The translations under genes and the position numbers were made by a program. Below are positions 15,399 to 27,860 of a DNA stretch of 64,000 bases, one piece after another. The first letter of the stretch is position 1. Each line of letters starts with the position of its first letter. This DNA is from Octopus vulgaris (taxonomy: Eukaryota), in contig OX597831.1 in assembly GCA_951406725.2 (NCBI GenBank), forward strand, positions 10,664,001 to 10,728,000, written 5' to 3'. The notes under the pieces are model-generated. The model was not told the origin of the DNA. It made no database searches and saw nothing but the letters and a program-made list of their open reading frames with translations.

Positions 15399-15643
15399 AT
15401 ATATATATGTAGGTCTGTGTATATGTTTGTGTGTCTGTGTTTGTCCCCCCAACATTGCTTGACAACCGATATTGGTGTGTTTGCGTCCCCGTAAATTAAC
15501 GGTTCGGCAAAAGAGACCGATAGAATAAGTACTAGGCTTACAAAGAATCAGTTCTGGAGTCGATTTGCTCGACTAAAGGTGGTGCTCCTGCATGGCTAGA
15601 GTCAAATGACTGAAACAAATAAAGGAATAAAGGAATAAAGGAA
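15017..15643 (+). mobile_element. SINE family B (tRNA head, CORE-like CCTTGGGCAAGTG, internal (TA)n/(TG)n), full-length with nested insert
   Basis: Head AGGCGTAGGAGTGACTGTGTGGTAAG..; tail ..GTCAAATGACTGAAACA plus (AAAGGAAT)3. Insert at 15228-15342. Confidence 0.88.
15228..15342 (-). mobile_element. Small fold-back insert in the (TA)n of a SINE
   Basis: Perfect 21-bp hairpin 15296-15316/15322-15342 plus a unique flank. Confidence 0.65.
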
Positions 15644-16356
15644 TCTTCAAAATATGACATTATTATATTCTAATTCTTTCATTTAGCTTTTGCCTCTTTC
15701 TTTCTCCGATTCCAATCTTGGGAAGAACACCACCAATAAACACGTGTAGATATATAAGTTTAAGATACAAATCTCTCGGCCGATATAGATATGCGTGTGT
15801 ATGTATATTGTGGATCTTTCTTTCTATCTCTGTTTTTCAGTCTTACGATTTACCCATTGGCTTTCATGGTTCAGAACTAAGAAGATCTTTCTCACGAATA
15901 TATGTATTCCATCTCATTAGTAGATCGAAATGCATAAATTTAAATATATGGAATTGTATCCTTTCATGTGAACATATGTTAGAAAATGGGCGAGACAGAG
16001 TGTGCTTCTAATGATGTGTTTCTACTCGATGTTGCCCCATGGATGTCCGAGTAAACATTATCAATTACTCGCGGACGGCAAACGGAAGTATAAATGACAA
16101 AATGATTCAATGTACGTACATAGACTAGATTGAAACTGTGTTATGTACCAGACATATTATTTCCTTCACTCAGACATATACAAAGTGAAGCAAACAAACG
16201 ATCGCAAATGTTCACTAAATTCACATCAAATACTAAGATTTCATATGTTAAATGAATAATACACGACCAAGAGTTTAGTAGGTTTAGCAGCAATACGTTC
16301 TATTAACAATTAGATACGCTGAACATTTGAAAAATAAAGGAAAAATACATTTTTTT

Positions 16357-16572
16357 AGAAACGTTAGCACGCCGGGCGAAATACTTAGCGGTATTTCTTC
16401 TGCCATTACGTTCAGAGTTCAAATTCCGCCGTGGTCGACTTCGCCTGTCATCCTTTCGGAGTCGATAAATTAAGTACCAGTTACACACTGAGGTCGATGT
16501 AATCGACTTAATCCGTTTGTCTGTCCTTGTTTGTGCCCTTTGTATTTAGCTCCTTGTGGGTAGTAAAGAAAC
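16357..16572 (+). mobile_element. SINE family A, slightly 5'-truncated
   Basis: Matches 4520-4738. Confidence 0.88.
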
Positions 16573-17029
16573 AAATTAATCGTTGAATCTGATGGTGAGA
16601 TCTTGAACAGGTTTAAGTTTAAAATAGCATTATATGTTTATATGCGTGTTTTACGATGCAGGTCGAATTTCTGATTAGATGTAAATTCAATGGCGTCAGT
16701 TATATTTTGAACACCTGTAGCCTAATGCTTTGGTAGAATACCTGCCTGAATACGTCATGCGTTTTACGAATGGTCTGGTCACATATTTTTGTTCGGCAGT
16801 TGTGCATGGTTCAGATTGGATGAATTCCTGATGACATTGTTTATGAAATGTTTTGATTGTTTCTTCTAATAGAAGCTCAATTCTCTGTTTAGTTAACTTT
16901 TTTGTTTATCAGGTGGCTGGGTCGCTCGTTTTTGTCTCAGAGTCGTCCATCTACTCCTTAATTTCAGTTCCTTTTCTAATGCAAGTAACTTTAAACTTCT
17001 CCTGTTCTTTCCTGTCACATGGCATACTA

Positions 17030-17208
17030 CTTACCCGTCTTGTAAGTTTTCTTACGTGAATTTTAGAACAGAAACGACACCTAGTAAGTGATTTTCTCAA
17101 GATATTTTTTTTACACCAGTCATTAACAAATATATTTCACACAGTTTCCTCTCTCACTCCTACGGTCTCTCTCTCCCTCCCCGTTTCTTCCTCTCTTGTT
17201 ACTTCCCT
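17030..17208 (+). repeat. ~175-bp dispersed direct repeat, copy 2
   Basis: Aligns with 14668-14843. Confidence 0.88.
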
Positions 17209-17689
17209 CTCATCAGCTCAAGTAGAGTGTCCCTTCTTGCTGGCTACAGCTTTCTAGTCTCCGTTGCAGTTGTCCACGTCATGACTCAAATTCTTTACAG
17301 TATTCAGACGTCGGTTTTGAAACCCGATATAAATAAACATTTCTAATATTCATCATTTCATCTCCATGTCAGCTAATTTCTTCAATAGGGTCGCCTAAAC
17401 AGTTAACTATTCACCATGATATTCAGGAAAAAGGCTACATAGAACATTGGCCAGAACATCGTATATGTGTGTGTGTGTGTTTATGCACGGGGGCTTCCAC
17501 TCAGTTTTCGTCAAACCATTCACTCTTAAGTTATTGGTTGGTTCGTAGCCATAGTAGAAGTCACTCAACCAACGATCCGGGCAGTGAGACTGAGCCTCAA
17601 ACCAGGTGATTGCAACGCGAGCTTCTTAACCATACAAAGTATATACAAATACATACACACAAACACATCTTGTACTACTATTTCCTACA

Positions 17690-17707
17690 CACAGACAGAC
17701 ACACACA

Positions 17708-17785
<78 letters not shown>

Positions 17786-17918
17786 CATATATATGTATTG
17801 GAAATAGTGGCACAACAAGGTATCATTTTTTTGCTGGAAATAGTAGTCGATAACCGTCCCACTCAATATATAAAGGAAAGGACATGTACGGGGGCGAATA
17901 GAGAAACAATCTATATAA

Positions 17919-17981
<63 letters not shown>

Positions 17982-18129
17982 CAAACATATGTATATTTAC
18001 ACATATATATATATATATATATACATGCATGTATGTATTTATGTATTTATATATGTATTTACATATATATATACATACATACATGTATTTACATATATAC
18101 ACATATATATGTATTTACATAGATATATG

Positions 18130-18190
<61 letters not shown>

Positions 18191-18308
18191 CATATATATA
18201 TATATGTGTATATATATATATATATATAGATAGATATATTTATATATATATATATATATATGCATATATATATATGTGTATATATATATATATATAGATA
18301 GATATATT

Positions 18309-18356
<48 letters not shown>

Positions 18357-18597
18357 AACACACACACACACACACACATATAAATACACACTTATGTTGC
18401 CTATTTATTGGTTGTATACATTCTAAAATATTAAATAAAAATGTCTGACACTAGAGACAATTTTGCGAATGAATTATTAAAGTTTGTCGTGCTGAGAGTA
18501 ATTACAGTAAATGCTAGTGTTTCTATTACTTTTTCTCCTACACATATGTATAAGAGCAAGTGCACCGAACCTCCTTTCTAGTTGCTATCCATACATA

Positions 18598-18667
<70 letters not shown>

Positions 18668-18809
18668 GTATGTATATATATATATATATATGCATGTAAG
18701 TATGTATGTGTGTATATATATATATATATAAATATATATGTATATGCATGTATGTATGTATGTATATATATATATATGTATGCGTGTATATATGTATATA
18801 TATATATAT

Positions 18810-18848
<39 letters not shown>

Positions 18849-19050
18849 CAATCACATGATATCACTATGTTATGAATAGATTACTCTAAGTTTTGCATGT
18901 TTTGTCTGTATATACTTTTGATAATTTTCTGAAAGTTGAAATGGGTGTATTGTTTCTCTAAGAATATCCCATTCAGACAATTCCACAGGTGGTAGAGTTT
19001 GCGCTTCTTAGAAGTCATAACTTGGTATATATACATACATACATATCTAC

Positions 19051-19096
<46 letters not shown>

Positions 19097-19152
19097 ATGT
19101 GTGTGTGTGTGTATGTGTGTGTGTGTGTGTATATTTATATATGTATATATAT
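17690..19152. repeat. Cluster of degenerate (TA)n/(CA)n microsatellites with short unique inserts
   Basis: Direct inspection. Confidence 0.9.
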
Positions 19153-19392
19153 ATTTTGCTTTTGAATTTGGTTTGCAAGATTCCTTATATGAGTTCGTGT
19201 GTTGGAGCATATTCTGTTGTGTCTTGCAACCTTTTCAATAGTCTTGAAAGAGTCAGGACTATTGAAAATGTTGCAAGACGCAACGAAAATTTCAGGAAAA
19301 TAAAAATAAGGAATAAGTGGAAATTTTACCCGTGGGTGTGTTACATCAGAAGGCCCAAAATAAAAATGACTCTCCGCGGACACAACAGTGTA
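19153..19392. mobile_element. Microsatellite-embedded fold-back element
   Basis: Hairpin 19216-19247/19253-19284. CTGTTGTGTC(19214-19223) is also the reverse complement of GACACAACAG(19379-19388). Confidence 0.6.
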
Positions 19393-19529
19393 TGTATGTA
19401 TATAATATAATATCAATAAAGACACACTGACACTCACACACACAAACACACGCATGTAATGAAAGGTTGCCCTTTTATTCCTTCCTCAGCAGATCATGTC
19501 TTTTAACAAAATGTGTTGCATAGATATGC

Positions 19530-19930
19530 CGGAGTGGATATATGAAAATAAGTTTGCTTCCCAGTCACATAGTCGCAGGTTCAGTCTCACTGTGTTGGGT
19601 AAGTCTATCCTACGATATTCCCGGCCCGATCGTAATACTTGTATGTGAATTTAGACGACGGAAATTGAAAGGAGCCCGCCGTAAACCCTTATATGCGTGA
19701 AAGTGTCTGCATGTATGTATGCATTTATGCATGTGTATTTGGATCGATGGTTGTACCTATCTCTCCACTGCTTGATAACCCGTGTTGGTTTGCTTACATT
19801 CCCTAATAGTTTAGTCGAAGGAGAAAGATCAATTAATTTACAGGCTTAAAAAATATCAGAATTGCAGAAGATTTCTTCGGCAAAGCCCTTCAAAGTGGTC
19901 CCCTAGTCCAATGATTGAAACAAATGAATG
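19530..19930 (+). mobile_element. Old diverged SINE family B
   Basis: Degenerate GGTTCAGTCTCACTG, GACGGAAATTGAAAGGAGCCCG and CCAATGATTGAAACA landmarks. Confidence 0.6.
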
Positions 19931-21315
19931 AGAAATGATGATGTGCCCAATTACTGCAATCTTTCTAATCAATGACTTTCTGGGGAATATTGTTATGTTT
20001 ATATTATTATTATTATTATCATCATTATTTTTTTTTATTAAATAATATTGTATTATACTTTTATTTCATTGGCTTTTACAATGCTAACATGGAAGAGATC
20101 TTGGATCGTCAGTCAAACTCCTTGTCTTCTGTCTTATTCTAAGTTCAAATGTCGACTTCGCTTTGCATCCATGTAAAATAAGCAACGACCGAACGCTAGA
20201 GCCAATGTCCACGAGATAATCCCGCCCTAAAAATTTCTGGTCTTGTGCCAAAATTTGAAAACAATATTTATTTGATTTTCTTTGTCTAAAACTAAGACAA
20301 TAAAAATCCCTTCTCTTCGCTATTACTCTTTCATTTATTTATTTGATTCAGTCATTTGGCTGCGGCCATCCTGCGGCAATGTCTTGAGAAAGAACCACCG
20401 AAAAATTGCTCATCGTAAATTATTCTTGATAGAGTATAGTAAAATGTAACTTCACCCGTGACCTTCGCATTCGAAACCCAACGGCACAAGGACTTAAACA
20501 TATACATGCATATAGGCATAGATAGATTTTTTGCTTGAAAACATTATGAATATATAAATAACGCTGTTTAAAGGCCAGAAGCTCTGGTCCATCGTTTGGG
20601 GAAAATTCCTTTCATTAGTTATAGTATTATATACCACAATACACTTCAGAGTTTAGCGAAATCACGTGAATGAGGGATACAGTATTTCGCCGAAGTTGCG
20701 TCTCATCAATCTCTCTAACTTGTGTCACTTCCGAAACAAAATCGAACCAGCTAGTCTGAATTATATACAGTTTGTGTATAAACTCCCTGTTGCTTTGTAA
20801 TGTCGGCGCATAAGCAGAATAAATATGAATTTTGCAATAGAAGTAGTTATATAATAAAAAAAAAACTTTATCAATACAGCATTCTTAACACTTGTGTGTT
20901 GTCTACACAAAATCCCTTGAAAGATGCATCTTATAGACGTATAGTATTAAACTGCAAGATAGGTGCGGATATCTTTTGACTTGCGTGCTCCATCACATTC
21001 ATGGTCTTCTTAGACGAGAAACGGCATGACCTAAAAGGATGAACAGTGTTACCTTATGATCCTTTAAATTGTATGTTTTAATCTCATTGAATGTTGTGTT
21101 TAGCTTTCGCTCATTCGACGCAGCTCTTCTGTTACACTGCTCTCTGCCATTCTAACATCGTTTGGGTTACTGTATCAGATGCTCGAATAATGCAGCAAAT
21201 TGCGTTGATATTTTACAATTAAGTAACAATTCAGAATAGGAACATTGATATGCCAGCAAAGAATGTGAAAGACACACAGACAGACAAAAAGATACACAAA
21301 CGCGAGTGAAGGCGG

Positions 21316-21323
21316 TAGGTAGG

Positions 21324-21387
<64 letters not shown>

Positions 21388-21404
21388 CAGATAGACAGAT
21401 AGAC

Positions 21405-21477
<73 letters not shown>

Positions 21478-21860
21478 TAGAGAGAAACGAGATAGATAGA
21501 CAAAAACGTAGATCGATAGCTGGATAGTTAGAGAGAGAGACACACACACACATACATAGATTGTTTACGAGGTAGGTAGGCAGGTGGACGGGTAGATAGA
21601 TGGACGATAGATGGAGGAAAAGATTGATAAGTGAAAGGAAAACGAGACAGATTGACAGAAACGTAGATCGATAGATTGATAGCCCGACAGATAGATAGAT
21701 AAATAGTTAGATAGAAAGAGACACACACACATACATACATAGATTGGTTACGAGGTAGGTGGGCAAGTGGACGGGTAGATAGATGGAGGGAAGGATTGAT
21801 AAATGAAAGGAGAACGAGACAGATAGACAGAAACGTAGATCGATAGGTTGATTGATTTGG
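21316..21860. repeat. (GATA)n followed by ~2.3 units of a ~160-180-bp GATA-derived tandem repeat
   Basis: AACGAGA.AGAT.GACA.AAACGTAGATCGATAG recurs at about 21486, 21641 and 21813. Confidence 0.85.
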
Positions 21861-22919
21861 AAAGTGAAAATCCTTTTGACAGAACGATAAGCAGAAAGAA
21901 GAGCGTAAAAAATAAATGCATAATAAACAGCGAGTGATAAACAGATAGATAAATAAATAGAGAGAGACAAACAGACAGACAAATAAAGTTTTACAGGTAC
22001 ACAGAGACTTAGATATATGAGAAAATAGACAGTTGGAGAGATACAAAGAGAAATGTTGAGGCAGTGTTAAACGGACTAAAATACATGGCTAGCCAGGTAC
22101 GAAAATATATATCTTTGCAATTATCTTCATTCATATAAGCTGTCACATTAACTAATTTTTCAGCAATTTATATTTCCAGAGAATGTTTTACGCTATGTTA
22201 CCCACTCTGTACGAATTATGACGCAGACACCAAATTCTTCAAGCAGTTTCAGCCAAATTTTCTTGGAATCTTCCAAACTGCTATAGATTTCAAGCTATTA
22301 CATCATTAATAAATCATTTGCAAATATCTCGAGGTTGATTTACGATAAAAGTGAAAGGAATATAAATTCTTTTAGACTTTTATATGAGATTAAGTTTAGT
22401 TTTAAAACGTAGTATGCACTGTACCTCGTCGGTAACAGTCTTACTAGAATATGGATGTAAAGGAATATTGGTAAAACGCAAGTAGAAGAATGATATATTT
22501 ATTGAGAGATTAAAGAACGAAGTAGTCAAACTGAATCCCATAACTAACACTTAGTTTTACTGCCTACTTACTCTGAGTTTAGAAGTTGAATTGGTAAGTT
22601 GAAATGCTACAGAATTTACACTACTGTATTATTTTCTGCCGAATTAATCTTAAAATGGTAAATATTACGGATCGGATTATAAATATCACAGCAAGGGCAG
22701 TGGAGTGTGAGAATCGTAAAATCGTTGAGAAAACCATCTTGCAACATTCTTTCTGGTCGTTTATTTACTTGGTTCGCATCCTGCCAACGTCAGTTTGGTC
22801 TTTTATTTTCTTGGCTTCATTGAAATAAAATACCAGCTAAGTAGTATAGGGCACGATTGGATCGTCTGACTTCTTCCTTCACAAAAGCGCAGGTTTTCTG
22901 TTTCAATTAGAAATAAATA

Positions 22920-23157
22920 TTTATTGCTTTATTGCCCACAGGGGGCTAAACATTGAGGGAACAAACAAGGGCAGGCAAAGGGGTTAAGTCGATTACATTG
23001 ATCTCAGTGCGTAACTGGTTCTTAATTTATCGACTCTGAAAGAATGACAGGCAAAGTCGACGTCGGCAGAATTTGAACTCAGAACGAATTTGAACGGCAG
23101 ACGAAATAATGCTGGGCATTTCTCCCAGCGTGCTAACAATTCTGCCAGCTTGCCGCT
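22920..23157 (-). mobile_element. SINE family A
   Basis: Reverse complement of the family A consensus. Confidence 0.88.
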
Positions 23158-23238
23158 CTATTGGAAATAAATATTGAAGGCAAAAGGCTGCAAGAATCGT
23201 TAGAGCTTCGGACAAATTGCGTTGCGGTATTTGTTTCA

Positions 23239-23470
23239 GGCGGCGAGCTGGCAGAAACGTTAGCGCGCCGGGCGAAATGCTTAGCGGTATTTCGTCTGCC
23301 GTTACGTTGTGAGTTCAAATTCTGCCGAGGTCGACTTTACCTTTCATCCTTTCGGGGTCGATAAATTAAGTACCACTTACGCACTGGGGTCGATGTAATC
23401 GACTTAATACCTATGTCTGTTCTTATTTGTCCCCTCTGTGTTTAGCCCCTTGTGGGTAGTAAAGAAATAG
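23239..23470 (+). mobile_element. Young SINE family A nested in an old family A copy (23179-23545)
   Basis: TSD GGTATTTGTTTCAG(23226-23239)/GGTATATGTTTCAG(23470-23483). The flanks join into a degenerate head and body. Confidence 0.9.
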
Positions 23471-23759
23471 GTATATGTTTCAGATCCTTACCTTCTGCGT
23501 TCAAACATACCGATGTCATATTTGTCTTTCAACCTTATTTTGGTGTCGAGAGTACCATCTAAACTCCTTTCAATAATGAGATGCTTCATACGTATACAAG
23601 AAGCTGTTCCGTAATATCATATCAATAAAATTGTAGACGTGTGTAAAATTAGAGCTGACATCATACATAAATTTCCACAGTGTGTATTCTAGCTGATGAT
23701 TAGTCTAAATAAAGCTCAAACAGTTTTCAATTATGTGACTAATATATATATATATATAT

Positions 23760-24030
23760 ATAAGGGTATCTGAGAGACACCACCATGCCGAAATAGCAGT
23801 CAAATCCCTGACTCTGAAAACCACCTTAAATGTTCATATCGCACCATGAACATTTAAGGTGGTTTTCAGAGTCAGGGTTTTGACTGCTATTTCGGCATGG
23901 TGGTGTCTCTCAGATACCCTTATTTATAGTTGTAAAAAAAGTATTGCCTTTGTATGGTATTTATTCTCATGCTGGCCACTAGATAATATCGATATTTAAA
24001 TATCGATAATATCGTTATTGATAAATTTAT
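23760..24030 (+). mobile_element. (TA)n-embedded fold-back element with near-perfect 78-bp arms
   Basis: Arms 23760-23837/23846-23923 with one mismatch, tail motif TTTGACTGCTATTTC at 23879-23893, then a unique flank. Confidence 0.85.
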
Positions 24031-24091
24031 ATACATATATAAATATACATATTATATACATATTATATAAATATACATTTATATACATATA

Positions 24092-25112
24092 ATTAATGAC
24101 ATTAATGACATCATCAAGCACAGCAACATAAAAATCTTTGCAGATGACTCCAAGCTACAGAAGGTCATAAATGAGGCGAGTGACCGGACATGCCTTCAGT
24201 CAGATCTACTGGCTGTTATCCAATGGGCAGAAAAAAACAATATGCTGCTGAACGAGGATAAATTTGAGCTAATCCACTTTGGAAAAGAGGATGCCCTGAA
24301 ACTCCCATACTCCCTTCCTTCAGGTGAAACTCTCGCGGCGTCCAACAACATCAGAGACTTGGGAGTAATTGTGGACAACAACGTAAGCTGGGCCACTCAT
24401 ATAAACACCAAAGTTGACATGGCCCGCAGAATGTGTTCCTGGATTCTCAGAACTTTCCAGTCGAGAGATATCCACACCATTATCCTTCTCTTCTCCACTT
24501 TTGCCCGACCCCACCTTGAATACTGTTGTCCACTGTGGTCTTCCCACACAATACAAGGTATCATAAAAGTTGAAGCACCTCAAAGGGCAATCACAAAAAA
24601 GATAGATGGCATGACAGGCCTCGACTATTGGGGTCGACTAGAAAAGCTAAAACTCTATTCTCTCCAACGTCGTCGTGAGCGCTACATCATCTGCATGATG
24701 TGGAAAATATTCCATCAGCATTGCCCAAATGATGTTGGCATCACCTTTAAGGTACATCCAAGGCTTTGGCCCCGTGCCATCCGCCCAAAACAAAAATCGC
24801 ACTCTCATCTCATAACAACAATACGGCACAATTATTTCACCTCAATTGGCCCCGCTCTCTTTAACATTACACCAAAACACATTAAAACAGAAACTGACCC
24901 TATAGGGTTCAAGAAGTCTTTGGACAGATTCCTTCAAGAAATCCCGGATAAACCCCCTACACCCGGATATGTCTCTGTAAACAATAACTCTCTACTTGAT
25001 TGGGCCATAGTGCCCAAATTCTGACTTGAAAGACTTCACCAGGTGGTGCTATTAAGTTAGACATGGCCTGGGCCAATAATGGCCGAAACCTATCAAAGTA
25101 TCAAAGTATCAA

Positions 25113-25116
<4 letters not shown>
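24092..25116 (+). mobile_element. 5'-truncated CR1/L2-group LINE: open RT C-terminus, 3' UTR and (ATCAAAGT)3 tail
   Basis: In frame from 24092: INDINDIIKHSNIKIFADDSKL..LQSDL..RDLGVIVD..RPHLEYCCPLW..LYSLQRRRER; stop at 25024; tandem-repeat tail; sits in TA-rich sequence. Confidence 0.93.
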
Positions 25117-25152
<36 letters not shown>

Positions 25153-25154
<2 letters not shown>

Positions 25155-25610
25155 AATTTAATTCGAGAATCCGTTAAACCTCATGAGGTAATGGTGTCAT
25201 CCAAGGAAATACTGGTTCAATAGCTAGTGTTTTGGTGGAATGATTTTTCCTTCAAATAATAGGTATATTTGAAGCATCTACTTTATGTCCATTAAAATGA
25301 AGAAAAGAAAATGGAGTTTAGGAAGTTAATAATTATTTATTATTAACAAAAAATTCTTCATATTTGCTTCTTACAGCCGTTTCAATTAATACTCAGTAAT
25401 TTAATTACAAAATTGTACATTAAATTTACAGTTATGTGACATGAGTATAATTGCATCAGGGAGAAAAAATGTACCTTTGGATGTTATATGTTGGACCATT
25501 TCATTGAAACGGTTCTAAGAATCGGAGGTAACCAAAGTGTTGTTGATAATAAACAATTCTTAACTTCCTAATCTCCGTTTTCTTCTCTTCTTTTAAATGG
25601 ATATAAATTA
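25153..25610 (-). mobile_element. (TA)n-embedded fold-back element with hammerhead-like motif
   Basis: Imperfect arms ~25283-25390/25500-25606, unique flank 25153-25282, motif at 25368-25465. Confidence 0.7.
25368..25465 (-). ncRNA. Hammerhead-like motif (CUGAUGC core variant, long stem II, GUA site)
   Basis: Minus strand: TTCT-CC-CTGATGC-AATTATACTCA...TGAGTATTAATT-GAAA-CGGCTGT-A-AGAA. Confidence 0.55.
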
Positions 25611-25621
25611 TATATACATAT

Positions 25622-25662
<41 letters not shown>

Positions 25663-25663
<1 letters not shown>

Positions 25664-25970
25664 GTGGAGGCACAATGGCCTAGTGGTTAGGGCAGCGGAC
25701 TCGCGGTCGCAGGATCGCGGTTTCGATACCCAGACCGGGCGTTGTGAGTGTTTATTGAGCGAAAACACCTAAAAGCTCCACGAGGCTCAGGCAGGGGATG
25801 GTGATCCCTGCTGTACTCTCTCACCACTATTTCTCTCACTCTTTCTTCTGTTGCCCTGCTCGCTTAGCCAGCCGGGTGGCGTCATTCGAAGGCTAAAACA
25901 ATGCGAACGCATTGTGACCAGCGATGTGTAACAACATCTGATGGACTGGTCGCTCACGTGATCACGTGAT
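25663..25970 (+). mobile_element. tRNA-derived SINE family C, tail variant 1
   Basis: Head TGGCCTAGTGGTTAGGGCAGCGGACTCGCGGTCGC..GGTTTCGATACC shared with 61685-61980; ends ..CACGTGATCACGTGA. Confidence 0.85.
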
Positions 25971-26135
25971 ATATATATATATATATATGTAGGGGAAGCA
26001 AGTATGGTTGTGTAGTTAAGTAACCCGCTTTTCATTGACGTAACTTGGGGTTTAGAAGTGTCTTCAGCTATAACTCCGAGTCGACCAATATCTCGTGACT
26101 GAATTTAGCAAAAGGAAACTATGTGGAAGCGCGTG

Positions 26136-26221
<86 letters not shown>

Positions 26222-26659
26222 ACATGTATGTATGGATGTTAGCAAGCAAGCTCAGTTGGTCTATAAGCCATCTGTGATATATATAAGCAGTGAGAATTGT
26301 TTTGCTAGAAATACTAAGCAAATCTTTTCCAAATGACACACAAACTCATTAAAAGAAATACGCGCCGGACGATGTAATCGTAGATAATTTGTGTTTGGAG
26401 AAACTTTGACAGCAGTGTCACTGCTGGAATAATTTTGGTCACGTTCAGAATTGACAGCATCGATAACATTAATTAGGGAGACCTCAATAATGATGATTTT
26501 TAATCTAGATTTAAGCCTCATCCTGAATCATATGTGTATTAGGATATCTTGTAAGAAAATCAGTAAAATAAACCACGAAGTTGTACAGTAAAAGAATTCT
26601 CAAGGAAACCAAGAATGTAAACAGTTTACCATTTTCAGACAAGCAGCAGACATTTCGTT

Positions 26660-26965
26660 TCTTTTTCGTATCTTTTATTTGCATCACTCATTAGATTGCA
26701 ACCATGTTGGAGCACCGGTTTTACCAATTTTAGTCGGAGGAATCAACCCAGGATTTATATATATTTTAAACCTGTTCTGTATTCTGTCGGACTCTTTTCT
26801 GCCGAAACGCTATGCTACGGGGACGCAAACCTACCGGCACCGGTGGTCAAGCGGTGGTGTGGGATAAATACGGACACACGCACATACAAATACTATAGCC
26901 ACGGCCCAACCAAATAACTATGAGTGTGTTTAGTGGACGAAAACTATAAGAAGACCGTCGTGAGT
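26660..26965 (-). mobile_element. SINE family B fragments (rearranged)
   Basis: CCATGTTGGAGCACCG, CTTTTCTGCCGAAACGCT and GACGAAAACT..AGAAGACCGTCG landmarks. Confidence 0.6.
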
Positions 26966-27026
26966 ATACATACACACCGACACACAACCACTCCCCATCC
27001 CATATATATATATATATATATATATA

Positions 27027-27505
27027 AATTTAAAAATAAGGATAAAATCTTTATAAGAAGTTATCAGTAGTTAGCGTGAAAAACCTCGCAAGAGAAAAAA
27101 TCTGTAAATTTTTCCACTTTGAAAATATTTATTTATATTATATAGAGGGTACTATTATTCATAGGTATCGCACGCTAGGAGGGACTCTTGCAGTCAAAGC
27201 TACTAAAATAAACAAATTGTACCGAATGCAAAACTTCAAAGCACGTCATTTAAAAACAGAACTTAGTTACATATCACCTGTGATTTCGCAACCAATGCAG
27301 AATGTGCATTCTGATATTGATTAGAATGCATATTCTGCATTGATTACGAAATCACAGGTGATATGTAACTAAATTCTGTTTTTAAATTACTTGCTTTGAA
27401 GTTTTGCATTCGGTACAATTTGTTTATTTTAGTAGTTTTGACTGCAGGAGTCTCTCCTAGCGTGCGGTACCTATGAATAATAGTACCCTCTATATAATAT
27501 AAATA
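27027..27505 (-). mobile_element. (TA)n-embedded fold-back element with 186-bp arms, each carrying the 3' half of a hammerhead
   Basis: Arms 27130-27315/27320-27505; GAAA-TCAC-AG-GTGA-T-A-TGTAAC at 27348-27369; unique flank 27027-27129. Confidence 0.85.
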
Positions 27506-27519
27506 TATATATATCAGTA

Positions 27520-27860
27520 TGTGTGTTTGTGTGTATGTCTTTGTGCCCCCACACCTCCTGACACACTGTGTCTGTGTTTACCAAGCTTTAAAAAAGTAAT
27601 GATTCCTGGAATCGATCCATTCGACCGAAAGTACTTTAAGGTGGTGCCACAGCATGACTGCAATCTATTTACTGAAACAACGAAAAGATAAATGTAACCT
27701 GGTTCTTTCAGTTTCTGTCTACCAAATCCACCCGCAAGGCATTCGTCGGACTTTGACTATAATAGAAGACATTTGCCTAACGTGCATTGCACTGGGATAG
27801 ATCCCAGATCCCCTGTGGTTAGAAAGCAAACTTCTCACAACACAGCCACGCCTGCGCCTA
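27520..27860. mobile_element. SINE family B halves (3' half +, 5' half -)
   Basis: Family B landmarks in opposite orientations. Confidence 0.6.

Noticed and set aside
25663-25740. tRNA genes (also 8760-8822 and 61685-61755)
   Set aside because: Box A/B are present, but there is no complete acceptor stem and they continue into SINE bodies.
27130-27505. Arm mismatches as a G.U-preserving or A-to-I signature
   Set aside because: The outer mismatches are G.U on the plus strand but the inner ones are not; this is consistent with ordinary transitions.
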